From Octopus sinensis (lineage: Eukaryota), in assembly GCF_006345805.1 (NCBI RefSeq), contig NC_043000.1, positions 36,952,001 to 37,016,000 of the forward strand: a stretch of 64,000 nt of DNA, written 5' to 3'. Below, piece after piece: positions 41,298-55,505 of the stretch (the stretch's first letter is position 1; each line of letters starts with the position of its first letter). The translations under genes were made by a program, and so were the position numbers. Below the pieces are notes generated by a model that ran no database searches, was not told the DNA's origin, and saw nothing but the letters and a program-made list of their open reading frames with translations.

Positions 41298-42580
41298 TAA
41301 TTCAATATACTTAATTACAACATCTTTAACTGGACACTAAATGAACTAACCAAAATAGACAGGAAAACAAGAAAAATACTGACAGGATCTAGGATGCACC
41401 ACCCAAAATCTGACGTAGAAAGGCTATATATACAACGTATAGAAGGTGGTAGAAGCCTTATACAGCTGGAAAACTATTATACAATAACCACCATAGGACT
41501 GCAAAAATACCTACTTCAGAAGCAGGGAAAACTGATAGAAATAGCCACAAAATATGCGCAAAGCAAAAAACTGTTTTCAGTATTTAAGGAAACTGACAAA
41601 TACAAACAAGAAGTCATGCTACCTAACAAATATGGAGAAGAAGAAACAACAACAAAAGCTATAAAATATATGAAATCCAAACTAAAACTAGAACAGCAAC
41701 GGACCATTATAAAACGATGGCAAGAAAAGCCCCCTCATGGCAAATACTGGGCTAAACTAAACGCAAAAGATATAGGCAGAGAGAAATCCCAGCAATGGTT
41801 GAGAAGCTCAGGACTCAAAGCAGAGACAGAGGGATTTTTAATTGCAGCACAAGACCAAAGCCTCCCCACTAGAAATTACCAAAAACATATAATGAAAAGA
41901 AACATAACAAGTAACTGCAGAATATGTGGAGATGGACAAGAAACAATAAATCATATTATCTCTGGCTGCCCAGTCCTGGCTAAGAAGGAATATATTCACA
42001 GACACGACAGAGTTGGGACCTACATACACTGGAAGCTATGCAAACACTATGGAATAACAACAGAAAAAAGATGGTATAGGCAGACAACAGAAAAGGTCAC
42101 AGAAAACGAGAAAGCAACCATACTCTGGTATGTGCCAATACACACAGATAGAGAAATTAGGGCCAACAGACCAGATATAGTTGTCAGAGATCATGAAGAA
42201 AAAATGCTTTCTAATTGATGTATCAATACCAGCAGATGACAACGTTTCTCTCAAAGAAATGGAGAAACTTTCAAAAGGCAAAGACCTGGGAATAGAGGTA
42301 ACTCGAATATGGAATCTAAAAACAGAAACAATTCCTACCATAGTAAGATAGGTATGATAAAAAAAATATTTCGACAAATACATAAAAAAAATACCAGGAC
42401 TAACAAATATATATAACATACACAAAATTGCAGTACTGGGCACTGCACTCATCCTACGCAGAACACTTTCAGTACAGTAACCGTAAGAGCATCACAACAA
42501 ACCACAGCACACCCCCAAGCCACACAGAACTGCGCTCGGTAGGGAAGTGAAAGCACGTTATAAAAATATAACTACTGAAT
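41298..42580 (+). mobile_element. R4/Dong-type non-LTR retrotransposon, 5'-truncated
   Basis: HPKSDVERLY..R.EGGR.L; AETEGFLIAAQDQ; CRICG...ETINHIISGCP; RHD.V; NRPDIVV; IDVSIP; flanked by (TAA)n. Confidence 0.93.
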
Positions 42581-42629
42581 TATAATAACAATAATAATAA
42601 TAATAACAACAACAATAATAATAATAATG

Positions 42630-42723
<94 letters not shown>

Positions 42724-43214
42724 CATTTATTTGCCACAAGGGCGAAAGAAAAAGAAGAATGATGATAAGAATAGCTTCGGGCTAAATAAGAATATGGACC
42801 TACACTAAGAATCTCTCCCCACAAAACAATATTAATCCAATAACATCGGTGCAATGGAAGAAAAACTTCGCGATACATCTATGGGAAAAGTCCTGTTAAA
42901 GCAATGGAACTAAAAATGGAGAAGATTTTTGTTACATGCAGTGTAGTTTCTTTCTTAAATGCGTGATATCTCAATGTGACATACACACGACGTCGAAACC
43001 AGCTCTCGGAACCCTGGAAAAACGCACTAATTACACAGTAAGTACGTAAATTGAAAACTTACCTATACATGCAACTGTCCATGCATCCATGAGCACGTGA
43101 TAATATGTACATGCAACATAAATAATGCCTACATGACACACAGAAAATAAAAGAAAAACACGTGTCACGAGCGACGTCGTACCAAACAAAAACAAAGCGA
43201 CTCCTCACAAATGA

Positions 43215-43420
43215 ATGTCTTTTCTACTCTAGGTACAAGGCCCGAAATTTTGGTGGAGGGGCCTAGTCGATTAGATCAATTCCTGTATGCAACTGATACT
43301 TAAGTTATCGACCCCCGAAAGGATGAACGGCAAAGTCGACCTCGGCGGAATTTGAACTCAGAACGTAAAGGCAGACGAAATACAGCTAAGTATTTCGCCC
43401 GGCATACAAACGTTTCTGCC
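43215..43420 (-). mobile_element. SINE family M
   Basis: Reverse complement of the core and head. Confidence 0.85.
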
Positions 43421-43689
43421 AGCCCACCGACTTTTCTCAAAAACGAATATAAAAAGGAGGAAATTAGTCACTCAGTTTAAAACATCACTAAACAGTTATG
43501 CCCAGAAACATAGCTACCAAAAGAAATAGAAACTCAAAGTGACCCCTGGGGACGTTGAAGAAAAGGGGGATGATAATAAAGTGGTCAAAATGAGGTTATA
43601 GATGAAAAACTATATTAATAGGTTAATTAGGTTTAAGTTTTATTTGTGAAATTCAGTTGTCTTGAATTAGCTGCAGAAAGTGGTCTATA

Positions 43690-44582
43690 TTTGTGGTGGG
43701 GAGGGGGAGGGGACGCTAGGAATAAATCGCGGCAAATTTGGGAACCACTGGCCTACGATATGATAAATATGTCCATTCGAATACTTGAATGACAAGCCAA
43801 AATTCATGCCGGATCGGTCATCGCCCGGGACAAGGACCACGTTACCCAGTGGGGAACCAGACAGGGGACGAAAAGTCTGCTGCTGGAACAAGCTCTCAAA
43901 AACACGAACTACCAGGTAATTAGAACCAGGATAACCCTAACCCCAGACCAGTAGGGAGACCACCAAAAACATTTCATAAAGCAAAACGCATAAAATGGAC
44001 AAGAGAGGATTATAGAGATGTGTTGAAAGCTTTCTACACAGCCCCAACTAAACCCAAACAATAACCACATTGTACAAACATACACATCATGGAGAAACTT
44101 AATGGGCAACGAAGTACGCAGATATATAGATGCAACTAAATTAAGTAATGTAGGTAGAGACATCATTAAGAATAAATGGTTAACGGACGCTGAAATTAAC
44201 CAAATTAGGACACAAATATTTCATGATAGACCAAATGAAAACAGCAACAATGCAGATGAAATAGGTAACAGATGAACGGAACCCAGTTTACGAGCACTAC
44301 ATGCCAACGAGGAAGATGAAAGAAGAATAGAGAAGAAGAAATATGCGGAAAAAATAGGACAAAGCGGTGGATAATGTAAAAGTGTTATAAGTGGTGATCG
44401 GAGTGTTGGGCTCAATCGCATTGAAACAGGAAATCCCATGCAAGATTGATGTCTTTCAAAAAGCAGCCTTATTTGGGTACAGCGAACAACTTAAGGAAAG
44501 TATTATCTGTCTGAGGTCCTTGTTGTGAATTGACAGATGACTAAGGGCTCCGGTGCATTTTTATCTACACTGTGTTACGAAG

Positions 44583-44583
<1 letters not shown>
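43690..44583 (+). mobile_element. internally deleted R4/Dong element (ORF N-terminus joined to C-terminus)
   Basis: KRIKWTREDYRDVLKAFY...KLSNVGRDIIKNKWLTDAEINQI, then FQKAALFG..NLRKVLSV* and an (AAT)n tail. Confidence 0.65.
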
Positions 44584-44662
<79 letters not shown>

Positions 44663-44736
44663 TAATAATAATAATAGTAATAATAATAGTAATAATAATA
44701 ATAATAATAATAATGATAATAATAATAATAATAATA

Positions 44737-45398
44737 ATATGTGGAGCTGGACAAGAAACAATAAATCATATTATCTCTGGCTGCCCAGTCCTGGCTAAGA
44801 AGGAATATATTCACAGACACGACAGAGTTGGGACCTACATACACTGGAAGCTATGCCAACACTATGGAATAACAACAGAAAACAGATGGTATAGGCAGAC
44901 ACCAGAAAAGGTCACAGAAAACGAAAAAGCAACCATACTCTGGGATGTGCCAATACACTCAGATAGATAAATTAAGGCCAATAGGCCAGATATAGTTGTC
45001 AGAGATCATGAAGAAAAAATGCTTTCTAATTGATGTATCAATACCAGCAGATGACAACGTTTCTCAAAAAAAAATGGAGACACTTTCAAAAGGCAAAGAC
45101 CTGGAAATAGAGGTAACTCGAATGTGGAATCTAAAAACAGAAACAATTCCTATCATTGTAGGCGCATTAAGTATGATAAAAAAATATTCCGACAAATACA
45201 TAACAAAAACACCAGGACTTACAAACACATATAACATACAGAAAATTGCACTACTAGGCACTGCACAAATCCTACGTAGAACACTTTCAATACAGGAACC
45301 ATCAGAGCATCACAACAAATCACAGCACATACCCAAGACACACAGAGCTGCGCTCGGTAGTGAAGTGAAAGCACACTATAAAAATAAAACTACTGAAT
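44737..45398 (+). mobile_element. R4/Dong element, 5'-truncated (same subfamily as 41298)
   Basis: CGAGQETINHIISGCP...RPDIVV...IIVGAL...QKIALLGTAQILRRTL; in (AAT)n. Confidence 0.93.
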
Positions 45399-45413
45399 AC
45401 TAATACTAATAAT

Positions 45414-45562
45414 AATTGCACTACTAGGCACTGCACACATCCTACGCAGAACACTTTCAGTACAGTAACCATCAGAGCATCACAACAAATCACAGCACAT
45501 ACCCAAGGCACACAGAGCTGCGCTCGGTAGTGAAGTGAAAGCACGCTATAAAAATAAAACTA

Positions 45563-45568
<6 letters not shown>
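45414..45568 (+). mobile_element. 155-bp 3'-end copy of the same R4/Dong element
   Basis: Repeats 45243-45398 after a short taatac/taa spacer; followed by (AAT)n. Confidence 0.88.
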
Positions 45569-45637
<69 letters not shown>

Positions 45638-45659
45638 AATAAATAATGATAATATTAAT

Positions 45660-46620
45660 AATCAGAAGGGTTTTAAGCACTTTAAAAAAACTGCCGAAAA
45701 CGTGTGGGTACCTAAGGTTACATGTAGTAACCTGCTACCACATAAATCCTAACAGGAATAAGACCAAAACTGAAATTTGCTTCTGTAATAAATGTCTTGA
45801 TGCAGTACCAGGCAGTGGTTCTCATGGCCTCTGATCTTAACTGATTGGAAGTGTTATCATGTACATGTTTTGCCTTGATGTAAAACATAGGCTCCAGCAA
45901 ATATTCTGTTCAATACCACGGAATTGCTTGTCAGTTGTTTAACCTTAACTAGTTGAGCATGTCCCTCAGTGGCTGACGATATGTGCACCTCTGATCACGA
46001 GCAGGAATACTGTGGGAGTATCATAACCAAGTGCTGAGATGAATTTTGTGGGGCTTGAAAAATTCCCGTGAAAACATGGGTGTTTTGATCATCATCTGGA
46101 TGCGCGTCTTGACCTGAAGCAAATTCTAACTGGACTCCACCAGCAAGGTCATGTGCTGTTTATCTTGATATGAGATCACTATGTCACGCACGTGTGGTTT
46201 TGATGCATGTGTCTGGTAGACGGGTAGTCATGATGGGTATGGGTGTATTGGGCTTCGCATGTTTGTACCCATTGTCACTCGCATGGCATGTGCTCAGGAG
46301 TACTGGGGGAGAATCATAGTCGTATGTTGATAGGAATTCTTTGGGGTTTGAATAGTTCACCCATGGAAACATGGCTGTTTCGTTCAACATCCTTAAATAA
46401 ACCTTATTAAGGGAGATTTTGAGCGGGATGGGATACTTGACCTGAAGAAAATTCTAACTGCCCCCACCTGCAAGATCATGTGCTGTTTATCTTGATATGA
46501 GATCACCATGTCACGCACATATGGTTGCGATGTGTGTACCTGGGTAGTCATGATGGGCATACTCAACTTTGTATAATTGTACCCTAGTGTCACTTTGATG
46601 GCATGCATTGCTTTCTCACT
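45660..46620. mobile_element. unclassified interspersed repeat (family N) with internal duplication
   Basis: 46110-46290 repeats at 46440-46610; inverted homolog at 49330-49760. Confidence 0.6.
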
Positions 46621-47767
46621 CAATAATAATAACATGTATGTATTATGCGGTGACGAAGAGAATTAAGCGATGGGGTCTTTGCTTGTGTCTATCGCAAAAT
46701 CCATATTACTGTATGTTTCACTTTTTGTTATGTTTGTATTTTATGGAAGCCCCCGATACCTGAATAACTCAGCATAATTTAACCGATTTCTCATTTCGTT
46801 TCATGTCATATAAAATATCGAGACAACAACATTTGGAACTTTCCCACAAATGTTATTGCAAAAGCCATTATTATATCTTATCAAGATTATCTTCTCTGCG
46901 CTAATCTAGCTTTCATCATGCAAAAGACAATATGTGAGAGAAGCGAAAGGCCATGACATTTGCATAATCAAGTCGTCAGAGGAGATTGTTGCAGTTGTAT
47001 TATGAGGAACCTACATACATAACACTGTTACATCCAACTTATTAAAAAAAACGTGTGTCAAAGTAGAGAGAGAAAGAGAGAGAGAGGGGGGGAGAAAGAA
47101 AGAGATGGAGAGAGAAAGAGAGGGAGAGAGAGAGACTATGCAGGCTCACGTTCTACTTAGAAATCTCCGTCATATAACACACAACTATCTTTATAAAGAG
47201 AGGAAAATTCACATTGAATATGGTAGTCCTAGCTAGACTGTATTAGGTAAAGATATAGCGTAGTCACGACTGGAACACCTCTGATTATAAGTTTGCTAAC
47301 CTTATTCCACACAATAACAAAAGCAACCAATTTATGAGCACAATTATAATATAAGCGAAATTGTCTCCTGCTGAAAATCTCCAGGTTAACGCTGTAATAT
47401 AAAAGAAAATATGTCTCGTGATAATTACTAGTATCTCATTACTTTTATAAAGTTAACATGCGACAATGTAGATATTCACACATTCTACTTTAGTTTCCAG
47501 ATGGTGACTGATGCAGACCCAGTAGACTGATAATTCGAGACAATGAAGCCTGAACGATCTCGTCTTCTTGTCAGAAAGACAATATTATACAATTATCCAA
47601 GAGTGAAAAGGGGCAGTTATTTCTAACTGGTGACGCTACACGACATACCAACTTCCTCGCTAACTCGTTTGTTTCATATAATCGGTTTAATATAAGTACT
47701 ATAGGAATTATTTAACATATTCTTAAAAGAAAGACACTAACATGAAGTTTGCAACATCAGAAGAGAT

Positions 47768-47898
<131 letters not shown>

Positions 47899-48394
47899 TG
47901 TGTGTGTGTGTGTGTGTGTCTTTAGTTTAGCGTTTCACTGTGTCACACTCTTTCCAGTTCAAAGTATTATCGCCATCTTTCATATTCCTGTTGATTAACG
48001 GTGAAACTATACAGTGGTCGATAGTTGAAGAATTCCATTTCCCCGACAGATTGTAAAACTGAAATATAATACTGTTGATTTCCTCCGTAGTATATTGTAA
48101 ATAAATTTACTTCATGTCACTGAACCAGCGAAATATATTGTGCACAAAATCTCTGTTGTATGATTATGAGCTACATATAGTTCTTATCCGATTTACTAAA
48201 ACATAGGCATCAACCGTTGTTATTGCTATAACTATTGAGCTGTCTTGTTTTTATTTCAGGTTTTCGCTGCAATAACGAGTGCAGCTCTGTATGTGCCCTG
48301 GCTACATGCAGTGCCTTGGTTTTGGTATTTTTCAATCTATTGAAAATACGCGACTTCCTAGCTGTGAACTGCCTACCTGGGTTATTTGAAAGTC

Positions 48395-48745
48395 GTCGTC
48401 GTCGCTTCTTCTTCTTCTTCTTCCTTCCTCCTCCTCCTCCTTCTTCTTCTCCTTCTTCTTCCTCCCTCCCCCCGTCTTCTTCCCCTCGTCCTCCTCCCTT
48501 CCTTCATCATCACCATCACCACCATCACCATCATCATCATCTTTTTCTTCTTCTCTTCTTCCCTCCTCCTCCTTTTCTTTTTCTTATTCTTCTCCTATTC
48601 CCTCTTCCTCCTCATCTTTCGTCTTCTTCTCCTCCCTCTTCCTCCTTTTTCTCTTCTTCTTCACCTCTCTCTTCTTCCCCCTCCATCTTCATAATCATCA
48701 TCATCATCATCATCAACTTCTTCACCTCCTCCTCCTCCTTCTTCT
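48395..48745. repeat. CTT/CCT/CAT low-complexity tract
   Basis: Direct reading. Confidence 0.9.
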
Positions 48746-48749
48746 TTTT

Positions 48750-49300
48750 GCTATCATGAAAGACTCTCGGATAATTCTTAATTACCGGTTATTCTTTAAG
48801 CAGGCAATAACAAATCACCAAAGGTTTCAAGTAGTGCCTTCTCCTGTGACTCAAAGAGACCATACTCTCCATAGAATGCGAGCTGTACCCAACAATGCTT
48901 TTCTTCTGGATCACTTCGAGCCTGACAGCAGCTCCAATATTCTTAATATGTTTCTTAAAGCCCTCGGAAACTGCTCCCTAATGCTCCATTTACCACCGGT
49001 ATCACCATTACTTTCCTCATGCCCCACAACTTTCCAATCTCGTCCCGCAGGGGCTGGTATTTCTCAGTCTTTTCTGTTTCCTTACATTTCACCCTCGAAT
49101 CGCCTGCTATTGCAACATCTATTATCTTTACTTCTTTTATCATCTTTATGGATGATCACGATATCTGGTCGTGTCGCCCTAAATGTTAAAATCCCTGAGT
49201 ATTTTGTAAGGTTCGTTTTCCATTACTCCCTCTGGCTTGTGTTCATACCAATATTCCGCTCTCTCGAGATTTGCTTTACCGTACAGCAGCCAGTGGACAT
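48750..49300 (-). mobile_element. R4/Dong-type RLE fragment, divergent subfamily
   Basis: IIDVAIAGDSRV..KE.EK.EKYQPLRDEIGKLW....VIPVVNGALG. Confidence 0.85.
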
Positions 49301-49329
49301 ATCTGATCACTATGATTATTATTATTATT

Positions 49330-49760
49330 ATCATTATTCATGCCATCAAAGTGACACTGGGGTAAAATATACGAAGCCCAATATACCCATCATGACTACC
49401 CGTCTGATAAAGGTACACCAGGCACATGCATCACAACCATATGTGCGCGACATGGTGATCTCATATCAAGATAAACAGCACATGACCTTGCAGGTGGGGC
49501 CCAGTTAGAATTTTCTTCAGGTTGAGTAGCCCATCCCGCTCAAACGGTCCCTGAATAAGGGTTGTTTAAGGATGTTGAAAGAACCACCCATGTTTCCAGA
49601 GGTGAACTATTCAAACCCCAAAGAATCCCTCTCAACACATGGCTATGATGCTGCCCCACTACTTCTGCTCGTGATCAGAGATGCACATATCGTCAGCCAC
49701 TAAGGGACATGCTCAACTGGTTAAGGTCAAACAACTGACAAGCAAATCTGTGGTATTGAG
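49330..49760. mobile_element. family N repeat
   Basis: Reverse complement of 45905-46610; flanked by (TAT)n. Confidence 0.6.
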
Positions 49761-49768
49761 TATTATTA

Positions 49769-49861
<93 letters not shown>

Positions 49862-49876
49862 TTATAATTATTATTA

Positions 49877-50330
49877 AGGTGGTGAGCTGGCGGTATTATT
49901 TGCGAGCTGGGCAAAATTACTTAGCGGCATTTCGCCCATCTTTACGTTCCGAGTTCGAATTACGCCAAGGTCGACTTCGCTTTTCCTCCTTTAATGGTCG
50001 ATGAAATAAGTACCAATTGAGCCCTGGTGTCGACGAAATCGGCCGGCCCCTTGTCCCCCAAATTTCATGCCTTGTGACTATAGTGGAAAGGATTATTTCT
50101 ATTATTACAATTATTTATTTAGCGAGCTGGGAGCACGTCGCAGAAAATGCTCAGGCTGCTTTTCTTCAGACTCTATACGCTCTGAGTTCAAACTCCACCG
50201 AAGTCAACTAAGTCTTTCATCGTTTCGCAGTCGATAAAATAAGTGCCTACTGAGCAATGTAATTGACTAGCCACCCCCAACCCCACTTCACCAAAATTTC
50301 AGGCTTCGTGCGTATTACAAAAACAATTAT
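49877..50330 (+). mobile_element. two tandem SINE family M copies
   Basis: Heads ggtgagctggc and gcgagctggg, each followed by the core. Confidence 0.8.
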
Positions 50331-50499
50331 TTTACATACACGGATAAGACATTTGTCGAAAGCTGCTGAGGTTTGCTTACGTTTTGCTCTTAAAAAAAGA
50401 TCGTCATATGCATTTGTTGTAGTATTTAGTTAATAAACCTTCTTAACAGCGAGATGATGGTGGATAGAAAATCTAGTGTGAAAATGTTTCTCACACTAA

Positions 50500-52800
50500 C
50501 TGCCATAATCGAGGGAAAACATACGTATAACAACAACAACAGCAGCAGCTACAGTGAGAAGCAAGACAAGAATAACTATGATACACACACGAACGGCACC
50601 ACCTCCACAACCAGCATCAGCATTACTACAATAAAAACAGCAAGAGGCTTCATTTCCAAACAAAACGGGAAATGATTTCGCATATGCCTATCATAAACTA
50701 GAATCAGTAAACATTTCAGAGACAACAAAAAGAAAACACTAAGAGATGCGAAAATGCACCTCTCAAAGAATGGCAGGATTATTTGTCTCAGCACACCGAA
50801 AGAAATACTACAGATGAGAAAAACAATTATTTACAAATGCCTTTCAATCAAACTGAAGCGTCCCCCAAAATCGACTCAATCGATGGTACAGAAACTTATG
50901 TCGTTCAAAGAAGACGCTTTGGAACAGCTGAGCTGAAATTCCCAACTGAAGGAGAAGCTTCAGAGAATGCAACCACAAGTCTAATAAGCGACGAATTGCT
51001 GCAACTAATTCCGAAAGGGGAAGAACAGTCGGGTTTTTTCGGTTGTCTGGAGCTTATTCTGGTAATGTCCCAAGTTTTCATACTAGTGGAGAATGGAAAG
51101 GCATCAAAATGCACGTTTGGATTGTGTGCCGCTAGTAGATAGTAGAGGAGCTACAAACGATCCGAATAGTAGAGAGTGCAACGTGGCAACAGAAATAAAA
51201 TTAATTTTTTTTAGTGGACTGTGATGGACGCTTGCTACTCAAGCTCGAGTAGATGTGCACCGTTTTTAGCAGGACTTCGCTCGACTATTTGGGACGAATT
51301 CGCTCTTTCTGTCAAGATTGTCTTCCCTCGTCCCTTCTGACTGTAGAGCCACTACTGTAGAAACTGGAGACGTTGATGGGAAACCTGTACTAACTAAGAC
51401 GTGGAAGAACTGTGTCTGCATAAGCGAACGACGTCACCGTCATAGCGTCGCACACAAGGTACATAGACCTGATCGGTTCTGCTCTAAAAGACTAGTTGAA
51501 GGGCCTGCAGCTTGACATCTGGAGAAACAGATTCATGTTGTCCGATTGTAGAACGCTGATGGACGGATGGGTTAAGTCTGGTTTGGTGCAGAACTGGTTT
51601 GGTGAAGAACTGGGATGAGGTGATGTAGGGTGGCCAAGGTCACCTAAAAATGGGTCGAGAAAAAAGTATCCCAGAAAGGTGGTGCAGACATACATCGCCT
51701 TCTTCATATATTACAGTCTGGTCGTTCATATATTACAGTCTGGTCGTTCACGACTGATCACACTGGAGTGCCTACACTTCCGCTTTCTGTGGGAAGGCTG
51801 CAGTTCACTGGGGGATGATGCGCTGACACCCACGGAGGCTGCGACATCTCCAGCACTTCATTGATGCTGAGCAAGTGTGGTCACTTTTGTTAGAATTGCT
51901 TTTTCACAGCTCGTCTCTTTGACTGAGCTTCAATCCTAGATCAAACGTAGACCAAAGCAGTGTCTAGCGATCTATGTGCCGCCGGGCGCTCGCAGCCCTC
52001 TACCAGTAGGGTTGAGGGGTCAGGCGTTGAGGGCAGCCCTCTACCAGTAGGGTTGAGGGTTAGGCGTTCTATAGAGATTTAGTGGCAGGCAATAACGACA
52101 ATGCTCTCAGGAAGACTCTGGCCGTGATCGGGAATCAGTTAACCGGTCTGTGCCGGAGGACTTTTGGGTCAGGGTTTATGGATAATTTCTGGAAATCATT
52201 GACCTGGCAAGTCTATCTCGAACCGGCAATGACCCCTGGTAGTGATAAATTCTACAAGCATGGAAATGCTATCAGCCGGATCTGCCTGAGATGCGTAGAG
52301 AACGATGAAATTTCTGCACTCATCCAGCCAGTGCCCAAGCGTTGCTGACTCGTGGGTTTATGTCGAACAGTAGGTGTCATATATAGGACGTATCCGCTTA
52401 TCGACTGCATCTATTCTAACAATCGCTGAACTTCCTTTCTTTGGTCGAGAAGGAGAGGCAATGGTTATATGCCTAGTGGCCTTGGCGAAAGAGCTTGTAT
52501 GGTGCACAAGATTAAAAGGGGCTGAAGACAGACACTTTTCTCGTAGTAGCCGAGCCACCATCACCTTTTTCGAGTTTCCTTTGAAAAGGTAAGTGTGAGT
52601 GGAGCGAGAAATACCGCCTTTCAGTAAATTCGTTGAAAGGCGAGTGAACGTAGCAAGGATGACCCCAATGAAGGGGCCTACTCTAAGCATGCACATATTG
52701 ATTGTCGGAGGAAGATGAGGGGAGGAAGCTTGCTCTAGTGGTCAGGGTGTACGTGGTTTTGTAGGGTTTACATGAGCAGCACTTAGAAGTCTCCTTCTTT
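50500..52800 (+). mobile_element. decayed Tx1/L1-clade LINE (ORF1 plus ORF2 C-terminus; EN/RT core not seen)
   Basis: ORF1 RRRFGTAELKFPTEGEASENATTSL aligns with GRKFATVEVCFESEEEAKRHATTVL at 16.2 kb; KSLTWQVY...DKFYKHG...ICLRC..ND..CP resembles the zf-RVT region. Confidence 0.7.
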
Positions 52801-53149
52801 TGGGAATTTATTCAATGATATACTCCTTCTGAGCCAGTTTTAATGCATCTCTACTTGTCTAAGATGATTTTTCACATAGTCTATACAAAAGTGATTCTCG
52901 TGTGTCATGAAAAGCGCGTTTGATGGAGTTGATTCGTAAAGGTTGTTCTTGTGCTGCTGGGATCAATCTTTGGTTTCCTTTAAAAGTCCATGTTTTAATC
53001 ATCTCCAGGATTCTTCATCATTCATTTCTTTGCTGGAAAAACTCTCCGAGTAGGACTTTCTCTTTCCAGTTGATGATCCTTTCTTTATTAGATCTCATAA
53101 TGTACTCCTGAAGGGTCTCATTACTGTCAGACAGATAAAGAGATAAACA

Positions 53150-53620
53150 GGTATGTATGTATGTATGTATGTATGTATGTATGTATGTAGGTAGGTAGGT
53201 AAGTAGGTAGGTAGGTAGGTAAGTAGGTAGGAAGGTAGATATTTAGGCTGGTAGATAGGTACGTAGGTGGGTACGTAGGCTGGTAGGTACGTAGGTAGAC
53301 GATAGGTAGGTAGGTAGGTAGGTAGGTAGGTAGGTAGGTAGGTGAGTAGGTAGGAAGGTAGATATTTAGGTTGGTAAGTAGATATGTAGGTACATTTGTA
53401 GGTAGATAGTAAGGTAGATAGATAGGTAGATTGGTAGGTAGGTAGGTAGGTAGGTAGGTAGGTAGGAAGGAAGGAAGATATGTATGTATGTATGTTGGTA
53501 GGTAGATAGGTAGGTAGGTAGGTAGGTGGATATGTAGGTAGCTTGCTTCGTAGATTAGTCGGTCAGTAGGTCTACAGATATATCAGATAGATATATTAAT
53601 AGATATACAGACGGATAGAT
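53150..53620. repeat. GTAT/GTAG/GATA tetranucleotide mosaic
   Basis: Direct reading; ggaaggtagatatttagg recurs about 120 bp apart. Confidence 0.9.
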
Positions 53621-53721
53621 AACTAATCTGGAATGAAATGTTATACTTAGAAGTACAACTTTGTTTAAATGACAGGATTTCAAAAGAGTTTTCGAAAATT
53701 CCCCCTTTTTGTTTGCTATTC

Positions 53722-53916
53722 TCTTATTCTTTTGTTTCAGTCAATTGACTGCGGCCATGCTAGAGCACCGCTTTTAGCCAAACAAATCGATCCCAGTACT
53801 TACTCTTTGTAAGCCTAGTACTTATTTTATCACTCGTTTTTGCCGACCCGCTATGCTACGGGGACGTAAACACACTAGCATCGGTTGTGAAGCGATGGTG
53901 GCTTACAAACAGACAC

Positions 53917-53963
<47 letters not shown>

Positions 53964-53973
53964 CATACATACA

Positions 53974-54005
<32 letters not shown>

Positions 54006-54165
54006 CGACAGACTTCTTTCAGTTTCCATCTACCAAACCCACCTACAAGGCTTTGGTCGGCCCAAGGTTATAGTAGAAGACACTTGTCCAAGGTGCCACG
54101 CAGTGGGACTGAACCCGGAGCTATGTAGTTTGGAAACAAGCTTCTTTCCACATAGCCACTCTGCT
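53722..54165 (-). mobile_element. SINE family C with internal microsatellite
   Basis: tRNA-like head, CORE-like caccttggacaagtgtcttctactata, internal (TA)n(CATA)n and conserved 3' half. Confidence 0.85.
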
Positions 54166-55117
54166 ATATTAACATATTTTTTGGGAAATATGCTGACTTA
54201 CACAATGGAAATTTCACGGGTCGTATTAGTTACCACTGTTGTAATAGTGTTTTCTGTTATGTCGTGAAATTGTGACATTAATTGTAGAAATCAATTTAGT
54301 GATATTTTCAGACAACAGAATAAATTGGAATTGAATACTTTATTTCATGCACACTGCTCTCGTTGCCCGACTGGCAGAGAACTGCGATCACCCGACGGCT
54401 CTGTAAGTGCCAGACGCTCTGGTCTAAGACTTCAGCTCAGTCAAAAAGAGGAGCTGGGAAAAAGTGAATCTGACAAATGGCGAATATATGTTCTACTTGC
54501 CACTAGACGTTAACTGAAGGATAGCGCACCGTTTTAAATAATATTAAAGGCAACGTTCTACTTCTAGACAACTTGATCGAGTATATAGTAATTTGTGTAT
54601 GTCTATACAAGTGAGTCTTTTCAAATGTGCACGTATCGGTGTGTACATTCATTCAAACAACTGACTCTGTATATAAATACGTATTTACAAACCAGTGAGT
54701 CTGTACAGACGTGTACGTATATGCGTCGATACAAATGATTGCGCGGTTGAATCTGTATATGAAGTTGTCGACACACAACTGTGCAGACAGGTACAAGGTG
54801 ACGATTCAGTTGATGCATACAATCAATTATAAGATTGCTGGTAAAAAGGGAATTTATGCTCCCCATGTAGCAATGGTTGCGGCTTGAACCTTACTGTGTG
54901 GCCGACAGGAATGGGAGAACGAGCCTTGTTGTTACCGACAATATGTATGAGATGAGTACCGTTATGTTTACAATATTGTATGAACCGTATACTGATGACG
55001 GCAACGTGTGTACCACAGTGAGAGCGTAAGATACAAGATCTTGCATCCAAATCATAACTTCTTTAATTTTCATTTAATCCTATGACACCTTTAACCAAAG
55101 ATTGCAGATATGACCAA

Positions 55118-55505
55118 GCGCAGACGTGGGTATGCGGTAATAAGTTTGCTTCCCAACCACATGGTTCTGGGTTCAGTCCCATTACATGACACGTTGGGCA
55201 AGTGTCTTCTACTATAATCTCGGGTCCACCGAAGCCTTGTGAGTCGATTTGGTAGACGGAAACTGAACGAAGCCCCGTCGTATATATATGTGTGTGTGTT
55301 TGTGTCTTTGTTTTGTCTCGCACCACTGCCTGACAACCGATGTTGGTTTGTTTACGTCCCCATAACCTAGCGTTTCGGCCTTATAGATCGATAGAATAAG
55401 CACCTGACTTGAAAATTGAGTATTGGTATCGATTCCTTCGACTAACAATTTTTGAAGGTGGTGCCTCAGCATGGCCGCATTCTAATAACTGAAACAAGTA
55501 AAAGA
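55118..55505 (+). mobile_element. SINE family C
   Basis: Colinear with 53722 and 62455 copies. Confidence 0.85.

Noticed and set aside
48235-49508. 174-aa and 250-aa ORFs
   Set aside because: Low-complexity tract and the antisense strand of an R4/Dong fragment and family N repeat.
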